A stretch of DNA of 64,000 nt from Camelus ferus (lineage: Eukaryota): contig NC_045697.1 in assembly GCF_009834535.1 (NCBI RefSeq), positions 31,870,001 to 31,934,000 of the forward strand, read 5' to 3'. The translations under genes were made by a program, and so were the position numbers. Below are positions 28,827 to 42,322 of the stretch, piece by piece; the first letter of the stretch is position 1; every line of letters starts with the position of its first letter. Below the pieces are notes generated by a model. That model saw only the letters and a program-made list of their open reading frames with translations. It did no database searches and had not been told where the DNA came from.

Positions 28827-29701
28827 CAGTGGCCTAAAGAAGGGTAGGACAGTGGAATCCACCTGCCCCCTGTAGGCAATAAGGTTGGTACCCTGTAGAC
28901 AAATTAAAAACAGTAATAAAATTTAACAAAAGTTTGTCCTTTTATTACTACCATGCACAGGTAATTCTCAACAATTTCCATGATACAATACTCTTCTGTG
29001 AAAACATCTTTTGTTTGACTAAGTTCTAAATAATTCTACAGTCACTAGCAAGTTTTAATAATTCTGTGTAAGCTTCAAATTAACACATTTCTGTTACATA
29101 CCCTTTAGTAAACATATTATTCTACATGGGAATTCATTCATTCTGAGAAGTTGCAGTTACATAGTTGGCCTCTGACCCCCGTGGACTCAGCTGTATGCAT
29201 CTCTTTTTAAGTTAAGTTCCTAAGGATTCAGATTGATCACATGGTCTCAGGAAACATTTTTGGCTTTATTTCAGTGGTAATACATATTCCTTAGTTTAAA
29301 CAAAAACTTAAATAAGTAATAATGCCACAATGATTACAAAAATAGAGAAACCAAACTTGAATTATTTGATTTCTGCCATTCTATGTTACCACTTGTTTTT
29401 AAAACTTTGCATTTAAAACTTTTTTAACAGTAAAACAGAGTGAGAAATGCATAGTGCAATATTTTTGTTTGGTTAAGTACAAGTTTTATTTACTAGATTA
29501 ACTATTTATTGATTTAAAGAAAGTTCAAATTTACGTTTTTTTCCAAAAATTTAATTGTCTTAAAATGAAAGAGTTAATTGAGAAAAGGATTGTCATTGAA
29601 CATTACATGACTCTTACTGAAAATAATTTTGTCAGACAGTAGAGACGAGGTGTTAAAAAATGACCCACACTGATGTTTTAAATACTCTAGGCATGCCACT
29701 G
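28827..29701 (+). mobile_element. hAT-family DNA transposon (Arthur1/Tip100-like) inserted in a MIR
   Basis: Terminal inverted repeats cagtggc (28827) / gccactg (29695-29701). MIR sequence resumes at about 29702-29890. Subfamily name is from memory. Confidence 0.6.
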
Positions 29702-31809
29702 GGACAGAATACTTGAGTCCAACTCTCAGCCCAGTTACTTACTGTCTTTGTAACTTTGGGCAAGAGATTAAGTTTCTTTACTTGTAATGTGAAAAATTAG
29801 AAAAAAAAACTAACTAATTGGATTGTGTTGAGTATTAAATGAGTTCGTTCAAGCAGTTAGAACACTGCCTGGCAAATATTAACTGACTGCTGTGTTCCAT
29901 GTTATGGATATTCATTGGAAGATGACACACCAGCATCACCTAAATCAAGTTCCTCAAAATGCTAATTCTATGAAATGCTCAAGGAAAAGAAGGTTATATT
30001 AAAACCCAAATAAAACAAAATGAAAGGAAATATCTTTACATGAAAACCCTAAATTAGACAGTCACAATTTACATTAGCAATAAAGGACTCCACTGCAAGC
30101 AAGAAAACTTCTAAATTTGGTTTAATCCTCCATTTCCCTTATCTAGACCGTGGAATCCTCTTCAAGAAATACTCATTAGTGTACCACAGAAAACAGATTC
30201 ACGGAGTGAATTTATTCATTTATTCATTCGTTCGTTCCACAAAAGCTTACCGAGTAACAACCAAATAGCAAACAACCATACTGGCCTGCAGACAATCTGG
30301 AGGGGAACTGGACACCAGTTTTTCCCTAATAATTAACGATAAACATCAAAGTTCCATTTTACTTTCCTAAACATTTTTAGTTCATTATTTTATTTTTCAA
30401 ACTCTCACCTCAGTCTTATATAGAGACAGTGAACTCTGTTTTAAAGATAAAAAGCCTGAGGTTTAGAACCACCCAACTAGTAAGTTCTGGAACAGGACTC
30501 TGGACCAAGATATCCCTGACTCCAAAATCTGCGCTCTTACTATGCCACTATATTCTTACACATATTTTAATCTGTTCCTAAAGGATTTACTGTCTGGAAA
30601 AAGCAACACATTTTTACAGGAAGGTAAAACCATAGTTCTTTAATTTTTCTCTTGTTCCTTGCCTTCCAGAAACCTCAGAGCTAAGGAATGTGCTCAGTTC
30701 TAAAAACTTAAGTCTTGGTTTATTGACACCCATGACCCTCTCTCTGTTTTTCATTACTTTGGGTTTCCTCTACTGTCTTTGAACATTTGACTTATACCAG
30801 CGTGTTCACACAGATACGTACATAAATTAAGCCAAGTCCACTGGGGAGGTTATCGGTGGGAATGTTAGAGAAAAAAAGTTCCAAGTATATAATAATTATA
30901 TGCATCAACATCGAATCATTCACAAATGATGCCATATTCTGTAACTACTCCTATTTTCTGTAACTATTCTGAATATGTCCCCAGTACGTGTCAGGGTTTC
31001 TTCCATTCTGCCATTGGTCCTTTACTAACCGCACTTTCTTTTCATTCCTATTGCAGGAAAAGAAAGGCAGCTGTGGTGTGCTTTTTATAGGCAATAAATG
31101 CTTATTAAAAAGTCAAACTATTGACAGGGTAGAATAGTAATTACTTTAATATTGATTACAAGGGCAATGGTGAAAAATGAAGGGGGCAGCATATTTATAG
31201 AGACAATGAGGAAACAGTTTAGAAACTTATAGAAGAGTCAATAGTCAATGGCTCTCTGGCCTCATCCTGGAAAGTCATCCAAACGTCCTTTAAAATTCTG
31301 TTGGAGTTGGAAAACCTATCACATCCACATTGACCAATAACATTCAGATTGAAATGAAAACGGCCTGAAATCAGAAATGATGAGAGTAACAGTGACCAGT
31401 TTCACAGTAAATCCAAGGCCTCATCTCTGTCCTCATCTTTCCTGACCTCTCAACCATGACTGAGAGTTGACCACTCTGCCTCCATTAGTCCTCATCTGTG
31501 CAGAGGACAGACTCCACTGGCTACCAAAACCTTCTGCTCACTTGCCCCAATGTTTTCATTACTGATATGCTGTGGTTCATTTCCAGACTCTCTGATCTCT
31601 GGTCTTGTTCCTTGTACTCTTACATTTGGGACACTCCCCTCTTAGAATCTGTCAGGTACACATGGACTAGTGGCAAGAGCGTAGGCCTGGGGATCAAAGA
31701 CCCCTGGGTCTTAGTCCCCATTGCACATACCAGCTGTGTGATCTACAATGCCTTTAAGCCTCACTTTGCCTTTAAGCCTCACTTTTATCTGTGAAATGGA
31801 CATGATATC

Positions 31810-32345
31810 TGTAACTATCCGTTTTCTATTGCTGCCATAACTCAATACCACAAACTTAGTAGTTTAAAATAACACCCATTTATTATGTCATCATTTTCGT
31901 GGGTCAGAAGCTCAGGCACAGTGTGACTCAATGGATTTCTCTGCTTAAGTTCTCATAAGGCTGAAATCAAGGTTTTGGTGATGCTGTGTGCCAAACTGGA
32001 GGTTTGACAGAAAAAATACATTCAAGTTCATTCAGGACATTGAAAAATTCAGTTCCTTCCCACGATTTCCATGTGATTCCCTCTATCTTCAAGCCAGTAA
32101 AGGTGCTTAGAATCTCTCTCATGATTCAAATCTCATTGACTTTCTCTCTCTGCTCTCAGCTGAGAGAAAGATCTGCTTTTAAGAGCTCAGTGATACACTA
32201 GGTCCACAAGGATAATACAGATACTCTATCTATAATCAATTTATTAGTAACTTTAATTACATTTCTTTTGCAATGAACATAATGTATTTATGAACATGAT
32301 GCCAGGAGACAAAGGTCATGGGGGCCAAAATTCTGTCTACTGCCA
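31810..32345 (-). mobile_element. MaLR MLT1 solo LTR inserted in a MIR
   Basis: ttttctattgctgccataactcaataccacaaacttagtagtttaaaataacaccc is the reverse MLT1 3' end. MIR halves lie at about 31660-31810 and 32345-32390. Confidence 0.75.
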
Positions 32346-35300
32346 AGGATTAATGTGAAGATCAAATGAGAAAAAACATGTGTAGGCTGAAGATCTCCAT
32401 GGTGAAAGATACAAAACACATTCTAAATAAATATATTGTTTTCAGGGCTCACTCTACAACATGCATGCTTGTGCATACACACTTCTTTTAGCTTTGATAT
32501 GTTGGCTTATATCTTTCCTTAAAAGATTAGATGGATCCACTAAGATGAAATGTAGCTTTTTATCCCAATTTCATTTAGAAAGGTATTAATGTGTTAAATA
32601 TCAACCAAAAATCTTTATTATTTTTCCTTAATTTTTATGATCAACTTGTATCTAAGCTTTTAGCTCCTACTTTAACCTGGGACTGATAAAGGATTGGGGA
32701 ATTTTCAATCACCTTGGACAAGACACTGAAACATAAAATTCCTTGGCCCAGAGAACTGCTCATGGACAAGAACTACTGGGAAAACAGATTTATCTGTCTC
32801 TCTGAGGAACTAAGAAATTTCAAAGAGCATGGCTGAGGCTAAAACACACCTATATTAGGACTATGTTAACTAGAGAGAGCCATGGCTTTTCTTCTCCAAT
32901 GAAATTGGAAGAAGTCACTGGAAAATAGACAATTTTATACTGCAAGTCTTTGGGCATTTTTTTCACTCCACACCAATTCAAATTTTTAAGCAAATGGTGT
33001 TATCTTCCACTCTCCCCACTCAACTTTTCCATCACTATTGAGAGTGACATGCTTTCCTCAGATTTAGGACCATCCAGGCACTCAAACTCGAATGATGGCA
33101 ATTATTAATCTCACTACTGAGGATCAAGAAAACAAATGAGATGCTTCAGAGGGAGGAAGAAGTCAAGACCTCCTTCACAGCTACCTTGGGCTAGGACGAC
33201 TATCACAGGGAATCAAGTTGTGGAATGGGACAGGTACATGTGCTACAGACACTCTTTCCATTATGATCCCATAGGTCCTGTCAAATCTAGATGAAATTCT
33301 TGCCCCCTGCTACTGAAATTGTGCCCTTGGTTTTCTTCGTGGGTTCCTTGGGTTCATGTACATCATTTCAGCATAAGTTAAAATTAATAGAAAAAGGAAT
33401 TGTAGTTGCAAAGTTTCATTAGGAATAAAATGGAAAGTAAGATGGTATTTCTAGAGGTAGAGTATTCCTCCAAGAAAACTGTCATTTTTACCATGATAGA
33501 GTTCAGAACCATGAGATTCCAAATGACCTAATCCAACTATGTTGTTTAAAAAAAAATAGTAAATTGAGGCTAAGAGAAGCCAAGTAATTTGCCTAAAGTG
33601 AGACAACTTAATCAGAGCCAGCGAGGATCTGCACAAGGGAGGGCAATATGATGTTCCTTCCACGATGCCACACCCCCTTCAAAATTCTGTTAACCTTGGT
33701 CAGTTTGTGAAACTGTCTTTGGTTATCTGCACCCAAATTAATCAGTGCTGATAACATCCGCATTCCTGATTGTTGGGGATTTATTGATTGCAACCGAGTT
33801 AAAGTTATGGGTTGCTTTTTCATATAGAATGCATTCTCAATGGTTTCCATTTCATAAAGTGTACATATTTTCCTACTCAGATTTAGAAGGAATGAATGTC
33901 CTTCTCCCTTCCTTCTAAAGACTAAACTGTAAATGGCTCAAGTTGCAGAGATATTTGCTTTTAGCAACTTCTCCTGGACACTACTCTGAACAAACTGATG
34001 TATACACTCATTAAATACTGGGGTTTGACTGATAAGCCTTTTCAGCATGCCTTCTTCTGTCTAATGATATTAAGACAGAGTTCCCAATTTGTACCTGTGG
34101 TGATTTACTGTTCCTGCCCCAAGAGTAATGATGGAAAATGCTTTTCCACTATCATTTAATTAGCCCAGAATCCTAGTAGAAATTAGTCTTAAAAATGTAC
34201 CAGCAGAGAAAAGATTGAGAGCAGCTATAAAGAACCCTGCACCAACTCTGGACAGCTTTAATAGCACAGCATTGACATTAAACACTATCAATAATGGAAA
34301 TAATCCTTTACTATAAAAGAGTTAGAAGCAGACATCCTTAGCTTTTGGGGACTTGCAGTCCCTATCTGTATAATGAAGAGGCTGGGCTAGCACATTTGAA
34401 ATATTCATCCCCCAAAAGATGTCCTAAAACAAAGTGGCCCTGAGGATGATTACCATGCTAATAAATATTCTAAAATGAATGGGAAATAATTCCAAACAAT
34501 GATGAAAATCTGGCTTGCTTAACTATGTATGTCTTGTCATACAATAGCTTCAATCTTATAAGTCCCCATGTACCAGCAAACTATCCAATCACTTAAAAAT
34601 ATGAAGCATAGTTGTGATTGTTCTCCTGCTTTTTATATAGCAAATATACATTCATCTGGAATGGTTAATTAAAAAATTAGGGTAACAGCCCAGGACTGAT
34701 ATGCTCTTAAAAACTAAATAAGAGTTAACAATATTTAAATAATTAAAGTACAATAAAATACTAAATATTGAAGCCATAGTGAACGAAACAGATACTATGA
34801 TATGCTTTAGAATTACATAGTGATTTTGAGTCGTATTATTTAAAAAAAAGGAAAACTCGATAAATTTTGAATCTTTGCACTTTCCAGCTCACTATAAAAG
34901 TGAAGAAACCTCTAATAAAGAATAATATCAAGCAAATAATAATACAAGACTTTTCTTCCTTAATCTAGCAGTCAAAATACATCCAATTCTTTATAAGAAA
35001 AATATATCTTTTGCCTTTATGTTCTTTTGTTTTCTCTTCAGTAAACTGAAAAATTAGAGACACACTGAATATCACACAATCAAAAGGAGGTAGTGTACCA
35101 GTTACATCTCTGCTTCTCAGGCATGTAGATGCAAATACACAAACAAATTTCAATACCAGATTTATGGTAATGTCTTCAGTTCTGATTTTTAACAAATCTG
35201 AAAGTCAATCATGGTAGATTCAACTACAAGACTGCACAAATCATGTATCTAAAATGAGGTGAAAAATCATTTTATCACAGCACATTGAAGTAGAGGGTTT

Positions 35301-36199
35301 TTAGATTTTTAATTATATGAATACCTGATTCACAGAGAACCTAATAAATATAAATGGTTCAGAACTGCTGTTTTTTTCTTTAAACAAACTGCACAAACTT
35401 GAAAGAAAAATCTATGGAAACCAAGCAAAAAGTAAAATCTATTTCCTGACTAAACTAAACGTCACATATATATCAAGGTACAAGTCAATTTCAAAATTTT
35501 TATTATAGAGAAGAGTTATGACTCTTTATGGAGCAAGGCAATAATGTCAGACGATTAGAAATAAGGGTTCCAGTGCACCTGGTAGATCTCTTAATTTCAA
35601 GAATGAAAGATAATTTTAGTCTGAGAATATTTTATAAAAACTGTTATGGAAAGCAATGTTTTTTGACTAGTCAATCATTTCAAGACCTAAATTTTATCAT
35701 TTAAGTTATTTTGATATTTTTTTCATTTTACAGCACTGGACAAATAGCACAGTACTTAAAATTTCCCATTTAAAAGCATGACTAGAGAGATAATCACTTA
35801 AAAATATTAATGTATAGTTCTATAGTAGACTTGAGTTTGCAAAACATTTTTTTACCTTTTCTTACTTAATCCTCCCTGAAATTTTCCCTTTTTACAGAAG
35901 AGAAAAATTGAGACTTCCTATCTGCAAATGGCTTTGCTTTCTATTTCTCTGAAAGAATTGAAAAAAATATATGTGGAAAAAATTCCATAGAGTTCCACAT
36001 CTACCCACCTGAGTAACTCTACCCACTTTCTCTGCGTTTTTGTGAATGAACCACCTGTGGCCTGTCTAAAGCCATTCTCTCTACTTGGAAAGTAAATCCT
36101 ATTCTCTCTCACAAATTCACATATCTTGCTCAAGCATTTATCACCTCCCTTCCATATCAACTTTTTTTGTTGTTTTTTAAATGCACACATCCATCAACA

Positions 36200-37050
36200 C
36201 AAAAATAATACAAATGTGGTATAATTTCTTCCATTTAAAACAAACAACACTTGACTTTACTCCATTTCCTGCTGTAGCCACAATCCAAATAATTTTTTTA
36301 CCTGTCCAATAAAACTCCTTGAAAGAGATGGTTGTATTTGCTGTCTCCAATTCCTCTCTTCCTATTCTCTCCTAATCTACGCCAGTTCGCAAGGTCAACA
36401 AGAATTTACTAGTTGCCAAATTCAATGGTCCCTTCTCAGCTCTCATCTTCCTTGACAACTTAGCACCATTTGACATGGCTAATCTATCCCATTTCTCATT
36501 ACATGCTCTTGACTAGACTTTTTGAACACCACACTCATTGGTCACTCCCTCTCAGTCTCCTTTGCAGCCTTCTTCTCTTTTTCTAAAACCTCTTAACATT
36601 CTAGGGTTCTCTAGTTCAGATCTTACCCTCTTTTCATTGTTGTCTATGTTCAGTCCCTTAGTAAACATAGGAAGCCTCATGACTTTAACTACCAAGTACA
36701 TTCCAACAACTCACAGAATCTTATCTCAACCCAGACCTTCTCAACTCCAGGGTCATATATCCAACTCTTAGACATCACAAATTTAACATGTTCAAAACTG
36801 AATTCCTGATCTCCTCTTCCAAATATACCCCAACCTTAGCTTCTCCCATTTTAATTGATGACAACTCTATCCTTCTAGTGGATCAGGCTAAAGATCTTGG
36901 AGTCATCCTTAAATCCTCTTTCTGTCACAATATATCTGTCAGGAATTGCTGTTGGTGTTATCCTCAAAATACATCCATAATTGACTACTTCTCATCATGT
37001 CCAATACTACCACCTGTGTTTCTCACTTACAATGATGCAATAGTCTCCTA
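36200..37050 (+). mobile_element. LINE-2 remnant
   Basis: gttgccaaattcaatggtcccttctcagctctcatc; acatgttcaaaactgaattcctgatc; aaagatcttggagtcatcctt. Confidence 0.8.
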
Positions 37051-37059
37051 ACACATAAA

Positions 37060-37470
37060 AAGTCCAGTGTGGCTGGGCATGTGGATGAGGGAAAGAGGAT
37101 ATGGGCTATCAGAGAGAAAGGTCAGAGGTAGATTCCTGTAGACTTTTTAGGTAAAGGTAAGAAGCTTAGATCTCACGCTACTATGATAGGAATCTATTGT
37201 AGTACTTTAAGTATGAAAGTGATGTGACCTGACCTGTGTTTTAAAGAAGATTACTCTGCTCCTGGAGGGAAGATGGAACGGTATAGAAGCAATGGTCAAA
37301 ACAGAATGTTAATCAGAATGGGTATGGAAATTATAGGGCTGATTCAGGATTAGGGGTAGAGACCACAGGGCTTGTTCATGGATTATCTGAAAGAAGGTGA
37401 AGGAAAGAGAAATTAATGTATCTCCTGGACATTTAGCCAAGCAACCTGGTAGGTAATGTTATTTACTCAA
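37060..37470 (-). mobile_element. LINE-2 remnant (opposite orientation)
   Basis: ccagtgtggctggg...gtgatgtgacctgacctgtgttttaaagaagattactctgct. Confidence 0.65.
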
Positions 37471-40439
37471 GGGGGATTCATTTACTATAGTTTTATGGCA
37501 TCTTCAAAGGTATAACCCAAAGACTATTTATTCTCACTTTAAGACCATAAAGACTTGCATAAATTCAATGAAAATTGAGATTTTAAAAATTATTATATAT
37601 ATTTCATATATTTAATAATGCTTCTCTGCTTTAAAATGAACTCTTTAATCATATCTTGGTCTTATTAATAAACTACTTCCTACAAGCTTCAAATCATAGA
37701 GTGGCAAGTCTCTATAAGGTTTAATATTTCTCAAATATTTGGCTAACCTACACACTAAAAATTCCAAGGAAGGAAATTCATTCACCACAGGGACTCTAGG
37801 ACAATCTTTAAACTCATCTAATCATTAAAGCACTTTTCTCTGTATTGAACCAAAATCTACCTCCTGGTGTATTTATCTAACAGTCCTGATTCTGCCATCT
37901 GTGGTAAACAAATAGTGTCTAATCTAGGATAAACAGTATTTGCCACTTTAGCACCACTTTTCATTCTTCAGCTCAGAGAAGACATTGCTAATTGATCAAC
38001 ATACCCTTCCTTGCTGATCCAGCAGTGGCTTCAGGATCACTCTCAATAAAGTACTCTTGGCAGCCACTACAAATCAACAGAAGATAAATGGAATTCCTCC
38101 AAACCAAAAAAATGTTTATTGAGTGCTTATCATGTTTCTACCCTTAAGGAACTCACATAATAGACTTACATGTAGATGATTATAAAATAATTTCATAAAT
38201 ACTATCCAAAAGGAAGTGCAGAATACTTTGAAAGCACAGAAAAGGTCACCTAGCCCAGATTAAACAGATTAAGGAAGAGCTGTCTTCTTGCTAACAGGCC
38301 TTTAGTTAAGTAGATATTATATATCTTTCATTTTCTTTCTCCACGCTAAATGTCCTTAGTATCCTCAAGCTCATGTGCTAAAAGAAAATGTTAAAATATA
38401 TCAGGGAAAGATTTCTTATCCTTTTCTATGTATAAGGCATTTATGACTTGCCCATAATTAACATTAGAAGATAGTTGAGAAATGACTGCACAGTTCTAAT
38501 GTGAAAATATAAATCAAGAATTGTATACTTAGTCATGTACTCCTCCATCTATAATTAGCAGAGACACTGGCCACTATTCAAGAGATTAGGCAATTTAGCC
38601 CATGGAAGCACTTCATTAAAAACACACAGACATACAAACTGACAATGAAATCTAGCCAATGAGGAGATTACTCAGAATAGCTCAGTAATGAAACAGTGAT
38701 AAATCAAAAATAGAAACATGGCGATAAGTCAAAAGTATCCAATGATGAGTGCCTAATCTAGTTAAACACAGAAATTAAGCATCTGTGGACTTTGTAAGGT
38801 GATAATTTCCTCTTCTTTCCTAGCAGTGAGTCAGTGGATCCTTTACATAATACAAAAATATATCAACACCAAGTGACATAGGTGTTACTTTAGAGGTATT
38901 TGGAAGTAATTTTATCTTTTCATGAAGAAACATTCAAGATTCTTTCAGTTTTACTTCTGTTCTTTTTATTTCAGTTATATTGAAGTAAAAATTATATCAA
39001 TGTTTTCTATCTTCAAGTGAAAATGCACCATCCCATTTCCAAAAGTCATGTCTTTCTAACTAACCATCTAACTTCCCTCTTCCTTTCTGTGAACATATTA
39101 AGAGATGTAGATGTATAATCTATTCAGAAAAGATGGGTAATGAGAAGTCAGATTTTGAGCCTTATTTCAATTTTTCTTATAAATATGTATAACTTTCATA
39201 AAAAAGTAAAGTAAGTTTACTTTAAAGAACAATAGTCTAAAAATCTATATTTTAATTTTAGTCTTATTTATTGTTCTGAGTATTTTCAGAATTCTCATCT
39301 GTAAAATAGGGATACTGTCTATCTCACAGATTGTTGTGAGCTTTAAACAAATTGATCTGTAAAATGCTCTCTGAACTGTTTAATGTTTCATATTCATACC
39401 TACATATACATATTATATAAATATATGTCATATTATTATGTAATACACAATATAACTATATATTAACGTAAGAGTATAAAATTAATAGTAGTATGTATTA
39501 ATGTCATGATATATTAATATAACATAATCATATTAACATTATATGGAAACTACACCTCAGCAGTAGTAATCTCTCACAATATATTAATTATGACAACCTG
39601 GGCATAAATGATCATAGACCAAAGCACAAGAAAAAATTAAATACAAGTCAAAATACAAAACTGGTACAATTGTTCTTAGATAAAACAAGACTGATCCAAC
39701 TTATCCATCACTGAAACACAATTAGATCATGATATACATTTTTCTTTAGTGACTAGTTACCAGATTTAGGTACATTGGGGGAAAAAAATCCAAGCAGTAT
39801 CAAGTAAGACTTAGTCTTCATTAATAGCTCTTCAGCCTGAAAGGGCCTATTTTTCTAACCATTACATAGCTTTCTATGGGATTAAATTTTATCTCAGAAA
39901 TATCAGTTATTCCCAGATAATTACTTTAATTATAAATTTAAATTATAAAGCACTTTGCTGATTACAGCTGTATGTTTACATAGGGACTATGGGAAACAAT
40001 TTTTCTGCATCTTTTGTGGTTGAAATCCTTTTCAACCCTCCTTGTAAATAAATTTCTAATTATTAGAGACTGGAGATAATCATTGCAGATCATTAAGAAA
40101 TGCTGACAAAATACTGCAAAGAAAATATAAATAAATTTCAGCTAGTTAAAAAAAATGACCAAAATCTGAACCAATGGAAACCTTATCTAAGCACAGGATT
40201 ATTATGGACACTAACATCTCTGTTCTCCTAACTTTATTTTTTCCAAATAATGTATTTTTCTCCTGAAAACTATGTTAAGAGATTTTTTCCCTTCTTAGTT
40301 GAGGGCCTATTCCCAGTCAGAGTTGTCAAATATAATCTACCAAATTACTGAGCTCAAATTATCTCCAAAAGAATGTTCAGCTTGCCCAAATTTAAAACCA
40401 GATTAATTTACCCTCCACACTTAACTGGAGACAATTAAC

Positions 40440-40871
40440 CTTAACTGTGGCCAAGAATTTGAATCCAGTTCTGCATCCTGATTTGGGTTTGATCTGGGCA
40501 AACAGTCATTAGTAGCTATAGATTCAAGCATGGAAGCCATGAAGGTGGAATTGCTAGAAGCAGCACTGAAAAGACATAAAGAAAACTGATTCCTGAAAGA
40601 AGATGTCAGGGAAGAACAAATGTTCTTTACTACTTAGTAAGCTAGACTTGTCAGGTTTTGATTTTTTTTCCCTGGGAATCTGATGTGGTGGGTTGATTGA
40701 TAATATTTTAATCAATTGATTGATTTCAAAGAAAAAGACCCAAGAATGTTTTTAATATGAGCCAAAAAATGGAGTACACAGTTGAAAATATTGGAGAATA
40801 GCTACTTGAAAATTCTTTCATCATCCTGGAGTTAAAGAACAGGATATGGCACTAAAATACTGTCAGACAGC
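40440..40871 (-). pseudogene. Fossil exon(s): kinase subdomains VIII-IX and possibly XI
   Basis: Acceptor ttggctttctatag|G at 40871. Translates TPG (~APE) then YSPIFSTVYSIFWLIL (~YS..SDVYSFG..L), and later STFMASMLESI (~RPTF....LE). Donor AAG|gttaat at 40440. Confidence 0.45.
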
Positions 40872-41234
40872 CTATAGAAAGCCAATCAAAAAGGAGAATT
40901 CCTTATCCGAATTGTTGTAAAAAGAATTATTGCATTGAGAGTGAGATAAGTCCATTTATTCATTTGTTCAACAATCTTCATGAACATTTACTTGTGCTAA
41001 CTTAATTAACAATTCAAAAATTTCACATGACTAATAATTAAAATTTAAATTAATGCAATACTATGTCTTTTGCTTAAATATTGACAAAGATAGCCTTCAC
41101 GGTTGGCAAGAGTTTGGTGAAGTTGACATTAAAAAAATTAAGATGTAAGTGATACTGTGTTTTTGTGGATCTAAATCGCAGAAATGATTTGATACATGTA
41201 GGTTCTATATAACTATACAGAAGGAAAAATGAAC

Positions 41235-41760
41235 AATTACATTACTACTTCCTGGATGTTTCTTCTCATGGTATATCTGAATCCCTGGAATCCTGTGATA
41301 ATGTTGGGAAAATGAAAGCCAATCTGACACTTACAAACATAGTAGATTTTATGACTTTCACTTGCCCACTGATATCTAGGAGTCATCAAAGAACTCTCAA
41401 TTTCAAAATATAGGAACACATTCTGAATTAGGCTTTTATAAATCAAAACAAGATTTCTTCATTATAATGAGATAAAATGTTTTCTTAAAACAAAATCTAT
41501 TCTTTTCTCATGCCATCTAGTTCAAGTTCAGTTCCTTATCACCCTCTAGCATCATAGCAATTGGTGAGATTATCTGGTTTTGATTTATAATCAAATCAGG
41601 CTCACTATGAAACTGAGTACCTATTTATGAATACTGAAGAAAATTTCCTGATGGAACCTGATTTTCGTGATAACTTATCCCCTAAGGTGTCACTTGAGTT
41701 CTCAACAAATATCATCATCAACAGAGTGGAAGAATGCTGACTCTGCATAACATCCTTTAT
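41235..41760 (-). pseudogene. Fossil exon: kinase subdomain XI-like segment then subdomains II-VIb
   Basis: KGCYAESAFFHSVDD.IC*EL (~C...P..RPS...I...L, 41695-41758). VIKELNLN (about 41525-41542). One-frame EKRIDF.....ISL**RNLVLI...VFLYFEIESSL (~F..E...S.L.HRNLV.L....LVYE...GSL). VSVRLAF and PNII[H][R]DSRDSDIP* (~VA.GLAFLH.P.IIHRDLK.SNILL, 41260-41335, needs small indels). Confidence 0.55.
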
Positions 41761-41771
41761 ATTGATTTGCA

Positions 41772-41988
41772 TACAAGTTTTCCAACTTCAGTTTTAAAGT
41801 TGGACTTATTTTCCTAAGTGAATCTTATGCAGAGCCCAATATACAGAACACATAAAAGTGGAACTGATTAAAAAAAAATGGAGAAATCATCATGCTTCAT
41901 GTTTAAGGTCCCACTTTTCCCTAGTAAAATCCTGAGGTATGTCTATTGAATCTTAAGGCAAAGGAGAACTCAATTAATACACCACAGA
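41772..41988 (+). mobile_element. Ancient hAT-Charlie/MER5-group DNA transposon remnant
   Basis: gttttccaactt...aatcttatgcagagcccaatatacagaacacataaaagtgg...cctgagg...gaactcaattaatacaccacag resembles MER5-group consensus ends. Confidence 0.55.
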
Positions 41989-41999
41989 AATAGGGAAAA

Positions 42000-42212
42000 G
42001 GTAAGACAAAATGTTCTGGGACTAGAGGAGATAAAAGGCTATTAGAGACAGAGAGACTAGAGGGTGACACACATGTCCTCTAACAGGGCCTTCTAAAACT
42101 AAGACACTGGCAATCTTAGGTTTGGCTATGGGCTCAATGGCATTTAAATGTGAGGACCATGAGACCCCTCTATTCAGGTCTTTTGATGTCATCCTTATTT
42201 AATTGACAGTTT
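42000..42212 (-). pseudogene. Fossil exon: possible kinase subdomains VIb-VIII
   Basis: Strong acceptor ttccttccctttcccag|A at 42212. Translates SKDLN...IAKPKIASV (~HKDLK...PKIADF), then VPE. Confidence 0.4.
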
Positions 42213-42322
42213 CTGGGAAAGGGAAGGAAAGTAATGAAAAAAAATTCTAATAATCATTTATAATCCTATTATAATATGTTTCAAAGTGATATATTAATGA
42301 CTTATGAAACATTACAATTTAC

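Noticed and set aside
41320..41385. Alternative kinase readings of the same bases (LLDISGQVKVI as VIb-VII; WASE as APE; VCK-VSD-GL as DFG)
   Set aside because: These are mutually exclusive frames over one stretch. Only the III-VIb reading is collinear with neighbouring motifs. This shows the risk of by-eye matching.
41968..41988. SVVY*LS read as kinase subdomain IX (SDVYSLG)
   Set aside because: Overlaps the terminal sequence of the MER5/Charlie-like element, so the match is probably coincidental and is not counted as evidence.
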